A stretch of DNA of 64,000 nucleotides from Eledone cirrhosa (lineage: Eukaryota), in contig OZ024740.1 of NCBI GenBank assembly GCA_964016885.1, positions 174,778,001 through 174,842,000 of the forward strand, in the 5' to 3' direction. The notes beneath the pieces are model-generated. The model did no database searches, was not told the origin of the DNA, and saw nothing but the letters and a program-made list of their open reading frames with translations. Shown piece after piece: positions 1-12,396 of the stretch. How positions within the stretch are numbered: the first letter of the stretch is position 1; each line of letters starts with the position of its first letter. The position numbers were made by a program, and so were the translations under genes.

Positions 1-95
1 TGTTTTTGTGTGTGTTTTTGTGTGAACAGACACAAAAACAAGATGGCGTAGGACAAAACAAAGGAGAGGCACAAAAACAAAGAAAAGAATCCCCA

Positions 96-138
96 GTCAC
101 TGAAGAGGTCACAGAATGTGTGACGAAAGAACTTTGAC
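96..138 (+). ncRNA. Minimal type I hammerhead ribozyme motif (slightly degenerate), PLE-associated
   Basis: GTCA-CTGAAGA-G-GTCACA(gaatg)TGTGAC-GAAA-gaac-TT-TGAC: stem I GTCA/TGAC, core CUGAAGA, 6-bp stem II, GAAA, UH. Followed by a ~150-nt tail ending in (TA)n. Confidence 0.7.
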
Positions 139-360
139 AATATATAAACAATCATCTGGTTGTGGAACCAACCAACCAACCGGAAATTTATAAATTCCTA
201 AATTTATGAATTTATTATAATAAATTGAAGTGAAAGCAACTGGCGCGTGTGTTTCTTATTGGCAACATGACCCTCCCAAAGTATAACAATATATATATAT
301 ATATGAAAAATATGGGGAGAAGAATACTGCATGGTTGCACATGGATAACATGTTATAAAA

Positions 361-410
<50 letters not shown>

Positions 411-459
411 AAGTAATTAAGTCAAATATTTAAGATTTGGCTTCGTTTATTAAAGATGT

Positions 460-514
460 ACTGCTATATATATTTCGGTGACAGCCGTCATTTGCTGTGA
501 CCTCTTCAGGCAGT
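460..514 (-). ncRNA. Minimal type I hammerhead ribozyme
   Basis: Minus strand ACTGC-CTGAAGA-GGTCACAGC(aaatgacg)GCTGTCACC-GAAA-TATATA-TA-GCAGT: 5-bp stem I, 8/9-bp stem II, palindromic stem III, AUA triplet. Confidence 0.85.
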
Positions 515-1471
515 TCGAATTGGTGTGGTAGAGACAGGTATACATGTTGTTAAAGTCTTTTACTCCGTCAATACTCCGATATGTCCAGCTCCTGGTTGGG
601 TTGTTATTTCTCTGAGGAACTGGAATCATATGAATTCGAACAAATGAATTTCGGCATCATAGGACACTCTCTCCTCCCATTGGTCAGTTGTGAGAACATT
701 CATCAGTCAAAAATCTATAGAATTTTTTTTGAGGCAAGACAATCTGTTGTGGTTGTTTTTGTACAGCTGACCTCCTCCCTTGTGTTTATTGGTGTTAGGG
801 AGTCAGCTGGCAGGTCAGCCTTAGTTCTACTGCTGCTGTCTTTAGAAGAATGAGTGTGTGTGGGTTGGCATCAATCCTACCACCCCTTCACGTGGTGGGA
901 GGGGGGGGCAAACAGATAATGGAATCAGATAGGGTAAAATGAAGAAATAAAATATAAAAAAATAAGATAAAATAAATAATAAAATAATAAGATACGATAT
1001 AATAAAATGAAGAAGTAAAAAAATAAATAAATAAATGAATAAAATAGAATAAAATGCGTGTTTGTTATAGCCAATATCAAATATCAAAGAAGAATAAAGT
1101 GCGTGTGTGTTATAGCCAATATTAAAGTTTGAAAGATTTGGAAAATATTGACTGAAGTATAAAGGCTATGTGTCAGAATTGGGAAATGCAAAGGATTACG
1201 ATCTTTACACTATCATGGGGTGGTGCGTTTAAGAGCAAATGAGGCAAGAGTGGAGTGTAAAACACCATAACCTGAATGTCAAAATCCGGAAATGCAGAGG
1301 ACTACAGTTTTTAATTCGGTATAGAGTACATATGCGTGTATGTCAACCCACATCGTTGCAATCCCACACGCACCAACACGGGCCCAGGTGCATCCCATAT
1401 TCCCACACACCCACAGATTATACAAACACACACACACCCACATATATATATGTATATATATACTCGCACAC

Positions 1472-1536
<65 letters not shown>

Positions 1537-1692
1537 ATGTAAGTATCAGTGCATGTACAATCTTAAATAACAGGATCTATGTATGGACATATGCATAAGT
1601 CTGTGCTGCCATAGGAGTCGATCGAGGCAAGGGTAGGGATGGTGAAAGTGTAGGGGGTGGTTTACCGTGCGCTCGGTGTTGCGGGGCTACTG

Positions 1693-1990
1693 TTCCTATA
1701 GCTTGAGGGAAGTTCCCTTCCCCAATGCGTTGTTGTTGCCCATATAGCTAGAGGAAGGTCCCGGCCCTGGGGTGTCTACATGTCCCGGGGAAGTCCCTAT
1801 AGCTTGAGGGAAGTTCCCATCCCAAAGTGTTGTTATTGTTCATATAGCTTGAGGAAGGTCCGGGCCTGGGATGTCTGCATGTCCCGGAGAAGTCCCTATA
1901 GCTTGAAGGAAGTTCCCTCCCAGTGTGTTGTTATTGTCCATATAGCTCGAGGAAGGTCCCGGCCCTGAGGTGTCTACATGTCCCGAAGAA
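1693..1990 (-). repeat. ~100-bp tandem triplication of the PLE ORF 3' end
   Basis: CCTATAGCTTGAGGGAAGTTCCC...CATATAGCT.GAGGAAGGTCC recurs at ~1695, ~1796 and ~1896. Confidence 0.85.
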
Positions 1991-2400
1991 GTCAGTCCTG
2001 AGGTTTATCAGGCTGCTTCCACCGCTGAGTATCTCGAGGGTCTTGCTCAGACATAGTTTGCAGATGCCAGATCCCCATTTATCAGGTGGTACTTTCCTGA
2101 TTTTGGACCAGGCCAGAGAGTATGGGGTCCTGTCCAGCTTGAGTTTCCAGATCAGTTCGGAAAGAGCCGTACTTTTCCTTTTGTCCTCCCTGTTAAAGGA
2201 ATGGCGATGGTTATACCATCGGTCCTTAAAGCTCGTTAATGTGGCTCCTATGTAGAGGTGTTCAGAGTTAGGGGTTTTACTCAACATCCGTATATTAAAT
2301 TCTTCTTTAGGCATTCATTACTAAGGGGGCATAATGCTGGGTTTCTGCAGTTGCAGGAGGTGGTCGACCTCCGCGTGTCTAATGTGGGGTTCCCGTTGGG
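1931..2400 (-). pseudogene. Penelope-like GIY-YIG endonuclease C-terminal remnant (frameshifted)
   Basis: Cys linker SCNCRNPALCPLSNECL-KKNLIYGC in one frame, then LYIGATLTSFKDRWYNHRHSF...TALSELIW...CKLCL...LINLR...CRH, typical of Neptune-type PLE ORFs. Confidence 0.85.
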
Positions 2401-2484
2401 TATTATCTGAAGAGGTCACAGTCAATTTAATCCAGAAATAGCCGTCGAAACGGCTTGAGCTCTGCCGTCGGGGCCATACTTTTT

Positions 2485-2520
<36 letters not shown>

Positions 2521-2564
2521 TAACCACTAATATATATATATATATATTTTTTTTTTATATATAC

Positions 2565-2592
<28 letters not shown>

Positions 2593-2601
<9 letters not shown>

Positions 2602-3155
2602 TAAAAAAATAATGAATAAAACAATGAAACAGTTCCTTATATTAAACAAAAAAAGTTCATTATTTAACGATCGTTTCTAGGATATATATGTGTTAGAATT
2701 GGCATGCATATTCAACAGATCTATGTACAAAATTATACAAAATTATACAAACTATCAAGATTAAATATACATACCAAACACACATATATGCCGTCTTCAG
2801 AAATAAGATTATTTCTGAAGACGGCATATATGTGTGTTTGGTATGTATATTTAATCTTGATAGTTTGTATAATTTTGTATAATTTTGTACATAGATCTGT
2901 TGAATATGCATGCCAATTCTAACACATATATATCCTAGAAACGATCGTTAAATAATGAACTTTTTTTGTTTAATATAAGGAACTGTTTTATTGTTTTATT
3001 CATTATTTTTTTAATATTTTATCTTGACTCTGTATTCCGTTTATCTTTCACCGAAAGTGATTTTTCATTGCATCTCTTCTTTCCATGATATCCGGACTAC
3101 ATTGAGTTCTTCATACGGATTGGACACTACCGTAAACTCTTGGTAGATTTATCTA
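2593..3155. mobile_element. Fold-back HHR element: 214-bp inverted arms (2593-2806 / 2809-3022) plus ~130-bp unique tail, in (TA)n
   Basis: Arms are reverse complements with one visible mismatch and a 2-nt spacer (GA). Confidence 0.9.
2809..2955 (+). ncRNA. Type I HHR with ~115-nt extended stem II (mirror copy 2660-2806 on -)
   Basis: TTATTT-CTGAAGA-[long hairpin]-GAAA-CGATCG-TT-AAATAA. Stem III palindrome ACGATCGT; stem II pairs ATATATGTGTGTT/AACACATATATAT and GGTATGTATATTTA/TGAATATGCATGCC with G-U wobbles. Confidence 0.8.
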
Positions 3156-3417
3156 CATATATATATATATATATATATATATAAACAAACGAACAAAGCG
3201 GCGTTATAATAAACGTCGGCTAAACTGATGCGTGCATATATGTATGTGTACCTGTATGCATATGTGTATATATATATGTATATATATATATATGTATATA
3301 TATGCATGCTACTGTACGTCTGTATACATATATGTATGTACGTATACATACATACTTACATTTAAGTAAGTGCCATACTAAGAGTGAGAAATGAAATTTC
3401 GTTTTCATTTTTTTCAA

Positions 3418-3491
<74 letters not shown>

Positions 3492-3917
3492 TGGTTAAAG
3501 AGAGAGAGAGAGAGAGGGAGAGAGAACGACAGTATATCAAACGTAAAGTTTGGTTGCTTGGTCACCTTAAAAATGCGTTGCTACCTTCTGTGTAATTAAT
3601 TAATTTATTTCATCTAAATTAATTGATAGTTAAACAGTATTATTGTTATTGATAACAGATAATTAATGGCAAACATTCAAATGAGAAATTTATTTAATTT
3701 AGTTTTATTTTAATTTAATAAATTTGTTTATTTTGAGAATTAGGTCTATATTTCATTAACCCGATGAATTATGAAAGAAATAAAATTATATATATATATA
3801 TATAAATATATATATATATGGGATGGCGTTATCTTATGGCGTTATCTTATCGCTAAAACAGCACGACATGGTGTGACCAGCGGCACCGATTGGCGCCCGA
3901 CAGTCTGGTCGGTCAAG

Positions 3918-3959
<42 letters not shown>

Positions 3960-3964
<5 letters not shown>

Positions 3965-4731
3965 GAGAAAGCTTTAAGTAATACTCCGACCGGCTTCCGT
4001 CTCACTCAACAAACATTAGGATATACCTTAGTATAATCCCAATTATACGTTTGGGGGGGGGGCTAACTATACGTATTTTGCGGATAGCCAGTTGTATTAT
4101 TTTATATGAGACATAATTAAAATACATCTCTCTTTCCAAACGATCGTTTCATTATAAGTTTTCTATAAATTGGGATAATTATGTCCAGGTTATGTAGAAG
4201 CCTACACATAGTCCGTAGGAATATATGTAGGTGGGCACTTATAAATCATCAGTGGATGCCCGACAAATATCGATATAAAAAAACCTTACCGATATTAATA
4301 TTCAGCGATGGTACCCCTCCGTGCTAGAATGACCGCCAAATTTGAAATTCCAACAGTCTCACAATGAGAAATCTCACACTGCCATCAAGCGGAAAGGGGA
4401 GATCATCGCAAAACATAAAAGAATAAAATAATATGCACGCGGGTCAATTAATTCTTTCAATAATTTTAACCATGCGTGAAGAACTCAATTGGATATAAAA
4501 AAAATAACTATATGCATGTATTATTTATACACGCATATAGGTATTTTCTTAGGCTAAAAATAGAGATAAGATACCGGAAGAACAATCAATATTTCATACA
4601 AAGAATAAATATGGAAAGTCATACCTAAAAAATATCTGGAAATATTCATCCCTGGCCAAATCAAGAGTATAATATTTAACACATTAACAGAGAAAGCTTT
4701 AAGCAATACTCCGACCGGCCTCCGTCTCACT

Positions 4732-4738
<7 letters not shown>
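3960..4738 (-). mobile_element. ~725-bp HHR-bearing non-coding element with ~54-bp terminal redundancy, in (TA)n
   Basis: TAACAGAGAAAGCTTTAAG...CTCACTCAACAAA at 3960-4013 and 4685-4738; internal HHR. Confidence 0.8.
4135..4256 (-). ncRNA. Type I HHR with long stem II insertion
   Basis: Minus strand TCCA-CTGATGA-T-TTATAAGT...ACTTATAA-T-GAAA-CGATCG-TT-TGGA; insert contains hairpin CCTACATAT...ATGTGTAGG. Confidence 0.8.
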
Positions 4739-4801
<63 letters not shown>

Positions 4802-4807
<6 letters not shown>

Positions 4808-5726
4808 AAGTCATATCTAGTAACATATATATACATACAGATGCATATCAATGCTAGCAAATATATAGGTTTTGTCTTAATAACAGTGTGGTTCAATGCA
4901 TGGGGTTGCAGAACAATAATATAAGAGACGTAAAATAAGAAAATTATAAAATTAACTTACTTACTAAAATATCACTTCCAACTAATTAGTTTCTGGAATG
5001 GAGTAAATATATTTTCCGAAGAATAATTTAGAGAAGCATTCCGTCGTCAGGAAAGTCTATTCTCATGTAAGTTTCCAGGCAAAGCGAGGACACTGGAAAC
5101 TTATTAAAAAATAATTCAGTGGATAGGAAATAGCGATGCGTGGACTGAATTCCAAGCCATTGAGAAAATCACTGCCTCTACGTCTGTGGCAAATTCAAAA
5201 AGAATCGAACACGTGACAACGAGGTCAATCAGTGGAAAGTGGTTTGCTAATAAGACAGCGGCCTGCCTACAACCGTAGCAGCAGTCATGGCCAATATTGC
5301 TCGACAAATAATTTGGAGATAATAATAAAGAATTCATATCTAGTAACATATATATACATACAGATGCATATCAATGCTAGCAAATATATAGGTTTTGTCT
5401 TAATAACAGTGTGGTTCAATGCATGGGGCTGCAGAACAATAATATAAGAGACGTAAAATAAGAAAATTATAAAATTAACTTACAGTTTCCAGTGTCCTCG
5501 CTTTGCCTGGAAACTTACATGAGAATAGACTTTCCTGACGACGGAATGCTTCTCTATATTATTCTTCGGAAAATATATTTACTCCATTCCAGAAACCAAT
5601 TAGTTGGAAGTGATATTTTAGTAAGTAAGTTAATTTTATAATTTTCTCATTTTACGTCTCTTATATATATATATATGTGATATTTTAGTAAGTAAGTTAA
5701 TTTTATAATTTTCTTATTTTACGTCT

Positions 5727-5731
<5 letters not shown>
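4802..5731 (-). mobile_element. 523-bp HHR monomer, ~1.3 tandem copies plus inverted segment (5484-5665), in (TA)n
   Basis: 4802-4960 repeats at 5325-5483; 5484-5665 is the reverse complement of ~4920-5101; short re-duplication at 5677-5731. Confidence 0.85.
4974..5056 (-). ncRNA. Type I HHR (mirror copy 5529-5611 on +)
   Basis: ACTTTC-CTGACGA-C-GGAATG...TTC(TTCG)GAA...CATTCC-A-GAAA-CTAATTAG-TT-GGAAGT; palindromic stem III ACTAATTAGT. Confidence 0.8.
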
Positions 5732-5816
<85 letters not shown>

Positions 5817-5839
5817 GATATATATAAATATATATATAA

Positions 5840-5997
<158 letters not shown>

Positions 5998-6003
5998 ATA
6001 TAC

Positions 6004-6069
<66 letters not shown>

Positions 6070-6070
<1 letters not shown>

Positions 6071-6190
6071 ATGCGCGTGGCTGAGTGGTTAGAGAATTGG
6101 ATTCACAATCTTGAGTTTGTGAGTTCGATTCCTGGACCGGGCGATGCGTTATGTCATTGAGCAAGACACTTTATTTCACGTTGCTCCTTC
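6070..6190 (+). mobile_element. tRNA-derived SINE 5' part
   Basis: A box TGGCTGAGTGG, B box GTTCGATTCC, then TTGAGCAAGACACTTTATTTCACG (CORE-like). Confidence 0.7.
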
Positions 6191-6429
6191 TACCTGGAGC
6201 TGCGACGGATAGATAGTATTAGCAACTGGAAAGACCGACGAAAAGATTGTTTCCGCGGTCCGATTTGACGAAAGTCGATCGATATATATATCATATTATT
6301 ATATGCAAAATATATCTATATCTGTCCTATCTATTTATCGCTCACCATATATGTATATATGTGTGTAAACGGATATATAGATTTACACACGCATGCATGC
6401 ACATATATATATATACACACGCACACGCG

Positions 6430-6583
<154 letters not shown>

Positions 6584-6805
6584 CACGCAGTATATGCCTG
6601 TCTGCGAACGCCAAACCTGCAGTAATGATCCAGAAGTACGGCGGAAATTGTATTTGGTTGCCAGCTAAAGCCGATTATCTGATCAATACTCTCTTATCAG
6701 TGAGTGATTGGATTCGATCGACGATATCATATTGGAAGACTATAATTGATCACTTTGCTTCCGCGCTTTGAACTTTGCCTTTTAGATGAAATTGGGAAAG
6801 AAGAG

Positions 6806-6875
<70 letters not shown>

Positions 6876-6899
6876 ATTTGTGTGTGTGTGTGTGTGTGT

Positions 6900-6971
<72 letters not shown>

Positions 6972-6973
6972 GT

Positions 6974-7031
<58 letters not shown>

Positions 7032-7053
7032 ACATATATATATATATATGTAT

Positions 7054-7087
<34 letters not shown>

Positions 7088-7582
7088 GCATACACACATA
7101 TATATATATATTGGTAAACGGAATAGAAAATGCTGACAAATTGTTCACAGTTGAAAAATGGTTTAATTAGGAATAAAAGAGTATTAGTGATTGTATGGGT
7201 TAGTATTCAGTTGTGGTTTTAAGTTTTTAAGTTTTTACCGGTTGCGCATTTCTAAATACTTTTCAAAAATAATTTTGAGATAGAGTGTCCGTGTTGTTTG
7301 CTCTGATCTGATTAGTTTTGGGAATTCTACCTGTTTTTATGTTAAAAAAGTGGCTCCAGCGCTACTTTGGTGTTACAAAAATTCTTGTGGTCAAAACAAT
7401 TTTGATTGGTCGGTAGAGGTCGTGTGAATAAAAAATTGATTTTGCGCCAAGACTGAGAAATGACTCTTTCACAACAAATATGTGTGTGTGTCTGTGTGTG
7501 TGTGTGTGTGTAGTAGTAGTAGTAAGGTGTTCGATGTTGTGATAATGGTTAGCAGGGATGTGTGTCAAATGGCGATTAAGAT

Positions 7583-7682
<100 letters not shown>

Positions 7683-7870
7683 CAGCGTAATTCGTGGTAG
7701 CAGGGATGGTCAGTAGGAATGTGTCTGTAAGCAGTGGGGGATATTTTAGCATGTTAAAAGATATTTTTCAGCTTTTGTCTTATACAGAGAAGTGTGTGTG
7801 TGTGTGTGTGTGTGTATAAGTCTCTTTGTATGTTAATGTACGCGTGCGTATGTGTGTGTGTGTGTGTGTG

Positions 7871-7910
<40 letters not shown>

Positions 7911-8229
7911 AATGTGTGTGTGGGGGTGGGGGTGGACCAGTATTTTTCCCCCTGGTAAAATGGTGTACATTATTCGATTTTTTCACTAAAATCGGTTCTC
8001 TTAATAGAACATCAAAAATCTTAACAATAAAAGGTGTGAAATGATATTCACTATATATATATATATATTCACTATATATATATATATATACACATATATT
8101 TTTTTGTGTTGCACCATAGAGCATGTGTGTTTACGTATGTCATTGTGTTTATATGTGGGTAGAGATGTGTGCTGACGTAGGTATGTATGTTGACGTGTGT
8201 ATGTTGTGGGTTCGTCTTAGGGAGAAAAT

Positions 8230-10090
8230 CAGCTAGACGTAACGCCTCAAAAAAGCCCCAAAAAGCTGAAAAAAAATAAAGTTTTTCACCTAATGCGGGC
8301 CCTAGGCCATAAAAAATTTGGATTTTCTTTGCTCACGGTATGAAGAAGAGACTGACTAATACATAGTTACAATTTCAAGGAAATCGGTCTGACGTAACGC
8401 CTCAAAAAAACCCTAAAAAGCTGGAAAAAACGCAGTTTTAAACCTAATGCGGGCCCTAGGGGATCAAAAAGTTAAATTTTTTTATGTGCATAACACTCCC
8501 TGAAATATAAGTAATACACATGTAAAGTTTGAAAAAAATCGGTTGGGTACTTCTCGGCTTTCACACACACACACACACACATACACACATACATACATGG
8601 TGGCTGCCAACTCGTTTTCGAGTACGGCCACTACTTTATATCCATGTAGGAGAACCCCTACCGATGCGCTGAACGAGTGTGACATTTTAGTCCAGCCAGC
8701 GACTTGAAAACTCTGGTAAAAACACTACACTTATGACAATTATTGACACATAGTGCTGGGCCCATGGTACAATGTGACGACAAGTGCAGAGAGATCTCCA
8801 GATATAAAGCAATGCCTGTGCCGTGAAGCTTTTATAGTGAGCAAAGGCACTGCACAAAGCCAGTCCCACTCTCTTAACCAAGATGATATTTACCAAAAAG
8901 AAGAACAAGTCAACATCATTGGATACCATCAGGGTTGCAGGTGTTATATCAGAGTTTTCCTTCTCCTAGAATTCTGCCTTGACAAAGGCTAAGGGGTCAT
9001 CTCTCCCGGTGATTTTGGATGGCCATTGACTCTTAAGAGCACCTTTTCCCCTTGACAGGTTTTGTGTTTAGTCCTGCAGGATGTCCAAAGTCACCCTCCT
9101 CACCAAGAAACCTTGTTGGGGTTGCCAGTTTAGTCACCAACGACCCGACCATGGGACAGGTTGTACTGGAATACATGTTACCAGTAGCACCATACATACA
9201 TACATGGTGGCTGCCAACTCGTTTTCGAGTACGGCCACTACTTTATATCCATGTAGGAGAACCCCTACCAATGCGCTGAACGAATGTGACTTTTTAGTCC
9301 AGCCAGCGACTTGAAAACTCTGGTACAAACACTACACTTGTGACAATTATTGACACATAGTGCTGGGCCCATGGTACCATGTGACGACAAGTGCAGAGAG
9401 ATCTCCAGATATAAAGCAATGCCTGTGCTGTGAAGCTTTTATAGTGAGCAAAGGCACTGCACAAAGCCAGTCCCACATACATACATACATACATACATAC
9501 ATACATACATACATACATACATACATACATACATACATACGTACATACGTACATACATACATACATACATACATACATACATACGTACGTACATACATAC
9601 ATACATACATACATACATACATACATACATACATACATACATACATACATACATACATGGTGGCTGTCAACTCGTTTTCGAGTAAGGCCACTACTTTATA
9701 TCCATGTAGGAGAACCCCTACCGATGCGCTGAACGAGTGTGACTTTTTAGTCCAGCCAGCGACTTGAAAACTCTGGTACAAACACTACATTTGTGACAAT
9801 TGTTGACACATAGTGCTGGGACCATGGTACCATGTGATGACAAGTGCAAAGAGATCTCCAGATATAAAGCAATGCCTGTGCCGTGAAACTTTTATAGTGA
9901 GCAAAGGCACTGCACAAAGCCAGTCTCAGTACAACCTGTCTCATGGTCGGGTCGTTGGCGACTAAACTGGCAACCCCACCAAGGTTTCTTGGTGAGGAGG
10001 GTGACTTTGGACATCCTGCAGAACTAAAAACATACATACATACATATATACATACATACATCCGTCATCAGTTTTATATATATACATATA
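8230..10090 (+). mobile_element. Probable Helitron-like non-autonomous element whose internal microsatellite hosts three retroposon copies
   Basis: Internal direct repeats GACGTAACGCCTCAAAAAA...ACCTAATGCGG (~8236, ~8391); AAGTTTGAAAAAAATCGG followed by (CA)n; resumes as CATCAGTTTTATATA at ~10066. Related end at 10450-10540. Class assignment by resemblance only. Confidence 0.4.
8597..10030 (-). mobile_element. Three tandem copies of a ~590-bp non-autonomous retroposon with (TATG)n tails and an RTE-like UTR motif
   Basis: Copies 8597-9190 (full), 9205-9476 (5'-truncated), 9657-10030 (5' part inverted from ~9925). Minus strand carries CTAGGAGAAGGAAAACTCTGA; 3' stem-loop. Confidence 0.75.
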
Positions 10091-10093
10091 TAG

Positions 10094-10310
10094 ATTAAAA
10101 TAACAGATTAAAGTTTAAGCAAAGAATCGTTGCTTTCACCCTTAACGGGATCTTCTGAAACTAAAAACATCAATCTGTGAACGCAGAATTAAATATTTCG
10201 AAAAACATTGCAACCGAAACACGATACTTTGGTTCGTGAAGACGTTCCCTGGCAATGAACGGATAATAGCGAACATAATACGTCATCAATGTTCGACAGA
10301 ATGTCGTAAT
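10094..10310 (-). mobile_element. Fragment of the CAGAAGA-core HHR element family
   Basis: Matches the reverse complement of ~48660-48860 and ~49840-50013; HHR-like fold at 10112-10162. Confidence 0.8.
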
Positions 10311-10549
10311 GCAGACAGCTAGGCATACACACAGATATTATAAGAGCGCGACGGAGATGGATAACCGGCGCCTAACACCCCTTTAACAACAGAAAATTGA
10401 AAAATAAAAGCTGCAGTTAATATCTTTAGACCGCTAGGAATATATAAATGCAAGTTTGAAGTCAATCGGAGTAGAAATGTGGATTTGTATAGACTTTGCA
10501 AAAATGAGGACACACACACAGGCAACATCAGTTATATATATATATATAT

Positions 10550-10940
10550 ATATAAAATCAAAAGATGGTTAAAAGAGTTCCGTGTATTTTATTATGCGCA
10601 TTTCAAAAACAAATATCATCATGGGATGATATTTGCGTTCTCATCAGATAAAATAGGGAGACATGATATGAAGCTTAAAAAACACTTGCGAGCAGTGAAG
10701 TGTTAAATCAACAAGTGTTTTTAAGCTTCATATCATGTCTCCCTATTTTATCTGATGAGAACGCAAATATCATCCCATGATGATATTTGTTTTTGAAATG
10801 CGCATAATAAAATACATGGAACTCTTTTAACCATCTTTTGATTTTATATTATTTATACTCCAGTCCTATAAACTGTTGAGTGCTACTTATCCGATATTTG
10901 CATTGCTTTATTGTGCTACAATAAAACTCACCTCCTACAT
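10550..10940. mobile_element. Fold-back HHR element: ~138-bp inverted arms (10550-10688 / 10712-10849) plus ~90-bp tail, in (TA)n
   Basis: Arms are near-perfect reverse complements with a ~23-nt spacer. Confidence 0.9.
10744..10814 (+). ncRNA. Type I HHR (mirror copy 10585-10655 on -)
   Basis: TATTTTAT-CTGATGA-gaacg-CAAATATCATC(ccat)GATGATATTTG-ttttt-GAAA-TGCGCA-TA-ATAAAATA: 8-bp stem I, palindromic stem III, AUA triplet. Confidence 0.9.
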
Positions 10941-11132
10941 TATATATATATATATACACATATATATATATATATTGGAATAAATGCTCTGAAATAGCGA
11001 TATATATGTGAATATAGACATAGAATATTCGAAAATATTCTGTATGTTTATAATAAACATTTTGAAGACCTAATCGCTATAGAATAGAATACGTCACGTA
11101 TTACAATTAGATTCTCGATAAAAGCAAGGGAA

Positions 11133-11175
11133 GTAATCTACGCGTTTCATTCTTGTTAGAAATCTTCAGGACTAC
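11133..11175 (-). ncRNA. Minimal type I HHR of the 310-bp unit (also 11443-11485, 11753-11795)
   Basis: Reverse complement of the motif at 12354-12396. Confidence 0.88.
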
Positions 11176-12353
11176 ATATCCAGTGCTTTTATCGAGAATG
11201 ACACAGCTAGAGACTTATAGAATACTTAGCTGTGTACAGGAACTGGTTTGAAAGAGCGGTTGCCGGTCCGGCAGAAATTAGAAATTGGAATAAATGCTCT
11301 GAAATAGCGATATATATGTGAATATAGACATAGAATATTCGAAAATATTCTGTATGTTTATAATAAACATTTTGAAGACCTAATCGCTATAGAATAGAAT
11401 ACGTCACGTATTACAATTAGATTCTCGATAAAAGCAAGGGAAGTAATCTACGCGTTTCATTCTTGTTAGAAATCTTCAGGACTACATATCCAGTGCTTTT
11501 ATCGAGAATGACACAGCTAGAGACTTATAGAATACTTAGCTGTGTACAGGAACTGGTTTGAAAGAGCGGTTGCCGGTCCGGCAGAAATTAGAAATTGGAA
11601 TAAATGCTCTGAAATAGCGATATATATGTGAATATAGACATAGAATATTCGAAAATATTCTGTATGTTTATAATAAACATTTTGAAGACCTAATCGCTAT
11701 AGAATAGAATACGTCACGTATTACAATTAGATTCTCGATAAAAGCAAGGGAAGTAATCTACGCGTTTCATTCTTGTTAGAAATCTTCAGGACTACATATC
11801 CAGTGCTTTTATCGAGAATGACACAGCTAGAGACTTATAGAATACTTAGCTGTGTACAGGAACTGGTTTGAAAGAGCGGTTGCCGGTCCGGCAGAAATTA
11901 GAAATTGGAATAAATGCTCTGAAATAGCGATATATATGTGAATATAGACATAGAATATTCGAAAATATTCTGTATGTTTATAATAAACATTTTGAAGACC
12001 TAATCGCTATAGAATAGAATACGTCACGTATTACAATTAGATTCTCGATAAAAGCAAGGGAAGTAATCTACGCGTTTCATTCTTGTTATAAAGACCTTTA
12101 TCGAGAATCTAATTGTAATACGTGACGTATTCTATTCTATAGCGATTAGGTCTTCAAAATGTTTATTATAAACATACAGAATATTTTCGAATATTCTATG
12201 TCTATATTCACATATATATCGCTATTTCAGAGCATTTATTCCAATTTCTAATTTCTGCCGGACCGGCAACCGCTCTTTCAAACCAGTTCCTGTACACAGC
12301 TAAGTATTCTATAAGTCTCTAGCTGTGTCATTCTCGATAAAAGCACTGGATAT

Positions 12354-12396
12354 GTAGTCCTGAAGATTTCTAACAAGAATGAAACGCGTAGATTAC
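12354..12396 (+). ncRNA. Minimal type I HHR of the 310-bp unit (also 12664-12706, 12974-13016)
   Basis: GTAGTC-CTGAAGA-T-TTCT(aaca)AGAA-T-GAAA-CGCG-TA-GATTAC: GUA triplet, palindromic stem III ACGCGT, flanked by 16-bp distal helix ATTCTCGATAAAAGCA/TGCTTTTATCGAGAAT. Confidence 0.9.

Larger units (their letters stand above)
410..2490 (-). mobile_element. 5'-truncated Penelope-like retroelement (Neptune-like), flanked by (TA)n
   Basis: GIY-YIG remnant at 1931-2400, downstream HHR at 460-514 on the same strand, inverted HHR stub CTGAAGAGGTCACAG at 2407-2421, (TA)n tracts on both sides. Boundaries approximate. Confidence 0.7.

Noticed and set aside
2407-2460. CTGAAGAGGTCACAG...CGAAAC as a complete HHR
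   Set aside because: Stem II partner and stem I are missing; only a truncated inverted stub.
2693-2922. Near-identical 72-aa ORFs on both strands
   Set aside because: A consequence of the DNA palindrome; no recognisable protein.
6070-6145. tRNA genes suggested by A and B boxes here and in other SINE heads
   Set aside because: No full cloverleaf; each continues into a SINE body.
9120-9190. HDV-like ribozyme at the 5' end of the TATG retroposon (and the RTE 5' UTR at 42010-42200)
   Set aside because: Could not build a consistent P1/P1.1/P3 nested pseudoknot by eye; needs a descriptor search.
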